From Eledone cirrhosa (Eukaryota), in NCBI GenBank assembly GCA_964016885.1, contig OZ024753.1, forward strand, positions 13,454,001 to 13,518,000: a DNA stretch of 64,000 bases. The letters run 5' to 3'. Under the pieces are notes generated by a model that searched no databases, had not been told where the DNA came from, and worked only from the letters and a program-made list of their open reading frames with translations. Positions 62,548-64,000 of this stretch are shown piece after piece. Both the position numbers and the translations under genes were made by a program. Each line of letters begins with the position of its first letter. Within the stretch, counting starts at the first letter, position 1.

Positions 62548-63514
62548 ATGTCATCTTCAAGGTTAGGTGGATGAACAGGTGCATTGTACAGGAGAAGAAG
62601 GGCTTGCAGGGTAGGTTATTTTCCTGGAGATATTTCTTAACATCAAGACCAAAGACCAAATTCACCAACTCCACAAAGGATTGCCTGGGAAGCCACGCCC
62701 TCGGGTTTGCCCTCCACACAACCTGCAGTTTTTTTCTTTCAGAATCTTATGTGACTTAAAAGCTCTGAGGTTTCCTGAGTGATAAACGAGCAGCGGCTTA
62801 ATCTTGCAGTCGCCGCTCGTATTAGCACACAGTGTGAAGGTTAACCTGTCCTTCATGGGTTTGTGGCCAGGCATCCTCTTCTCGTCTGCCGTTATATAAG
62901 TCCTCCTTGGCATCTTCTTCCAAAAAAGTCCTGTCTCATCACAGTTGAAGACTTGCTGAGGGATGCATCCTTTGGCTGCTATAATTCCTGCAAAAGTTTT
63001 GAGCTAATCCTCATCTGCCTTCATATCCACACTCGCTGCCTCACCATGTCTGAAAACGGAGTGAATGCTGGTCTTCTTTTTAAAATTCTTGAACCAGCCC
63101 CGACTGGCTTTAAACGGCTCGCCCGATGCCTTGTCCGTCGAAGTACCTGGGGTCTGCTGCAGCAAATCAGCGTAAGTAGCTCCTGCTTTCTCGCAGATTA
63201 TAGCCTCCGTCGCGGTATCTCCTGCGAGCTGCTTCTCCATCAACCACACTATCAGTAGCTTTTCCATATTTTCATGGATAGATGTCCGCTGTTTAGAAAT
63301 TATTTTAAGTCCCTTAGCTGGGGTTATAGCCTTTATCTACTCTTCCTGCTTCAGTATGGTGCAAATTGTAGAAATGCTACGCTCGTACTGCTTCGCCAAG
63401 TCGACTACATGCATACCATGGTCGTTTGTCGATAATTTCTTTCTTTAATTCAATGCACATCATCCGCTTCTTCTTCTCAGCCCTGCCCTTCGTGCTCACT
63501 TTCTTCGGACTATT
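62548..63514 (-). pseudogene. pogo/Tigger transposase pseudogene, N-terminal part (CENP-B-type HTH domains and first part of DDE_1)
   Basis: PKKVS...LAKQYERSISTICTILK, MEKLLIVWL, FKASRGWFKNFKK...RHGEAAS, VFNCDETGLFWKKMPRRTYI, KDRLT...ANTSGDCKIKPLLVYHS, LLLL(Y)NAPVHPPNLEDDIL; start codon lost, stops and frameshifts. Confidence 0.92.
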
Positions 63515-64000
63515 TCAATATATATATTCGTGTACAGATATATTTGCATACACAAAAACAAAAACCTATTTATTTCACGAAAGCACAGACGGCCTATCGT
63601 CATTGTTACTGTTCGAGGTTAGAGGACCACAGTCTTTCCAAGATAGGCCCCCATAACCATATATATTCTGAAACTACATTGCCCAGGGTACTTGGATAAG
63701 TATATTTCATTTTAATCAAAGGGTTCCCTGGGGGCACAAACCCCTGCTCAAAATTGTTTCCCTTCGATTTATATGAAATTTAAACCATAGGTAAATGACA
63801 AGATATAATGCCTATTCACAAAATTTCAGCAAATTTCAATAATATTAATACACCCTAATGGTGAAAATTTTGGAAGCCCAAATAAAATAATGCTTTACAC
63901 AAAAATGAAATGATCAAGTTTTGAATTGATATTTTGAAAAAAATGATTTACAAGAAGCAAAATAAGAATAAGATTTAATAATGTAATTTTGATTTGATAT

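Noticed and set aside
40319-63633. Tigger TIR pair (CAATGGTACCTTGAC at 40319; GTTCGAGGTTAGAGGACCACAG at ~63611-63633)
   Set aside because: Each resembles a Tigger terminus but they match each other poorly, so element boundaries are not called

Overview
AT-rich, repeat-dominated animal genomic DNA; the SINE, RTE and microsatellite content suggests an octopus or other coleoid cephalopod (inference). Bases 1-40 kb are a mosaic of 5'-truncated RTE-clade LINEs with (CAT)n tails and a C4HC3 PHD finger inside ORF2, an L1/Tx1-type RT fragment, tRNA-derived SINEs, MITEs, minisatellites and (TA)n tracts. One small polyQ ORF (28673-29059) is a plausible host gene. Two signals stand out. (1) About 19 minimal type-I hammerhead ribozyme motifs (CUGAnGA...GAAA-N-tetraloop-N-UH) lie in the first 40 kb. 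Most have covarying palindromic tetraloops and many sit inside 200-380 bp palindromes, consistent with non-autonomous Penelope-like or retrozyme elements. (2) A dead pogo/Tigger transposase (minus strand, ~40.5-63.5 kb) is split by a ~21.3 kb, ~530-copy 40-bp G-rich satellite. The satellite unit is the transposase's own catalytic-region codons (LYLPPNTSPILQP), amplified in place between the 2nd and 3rd catalytic Asp positions. A mariner-type MITE in the window also shows internal tandem amplification. The 7079-aa and 5403-aa ORFs are satellite artefacts.
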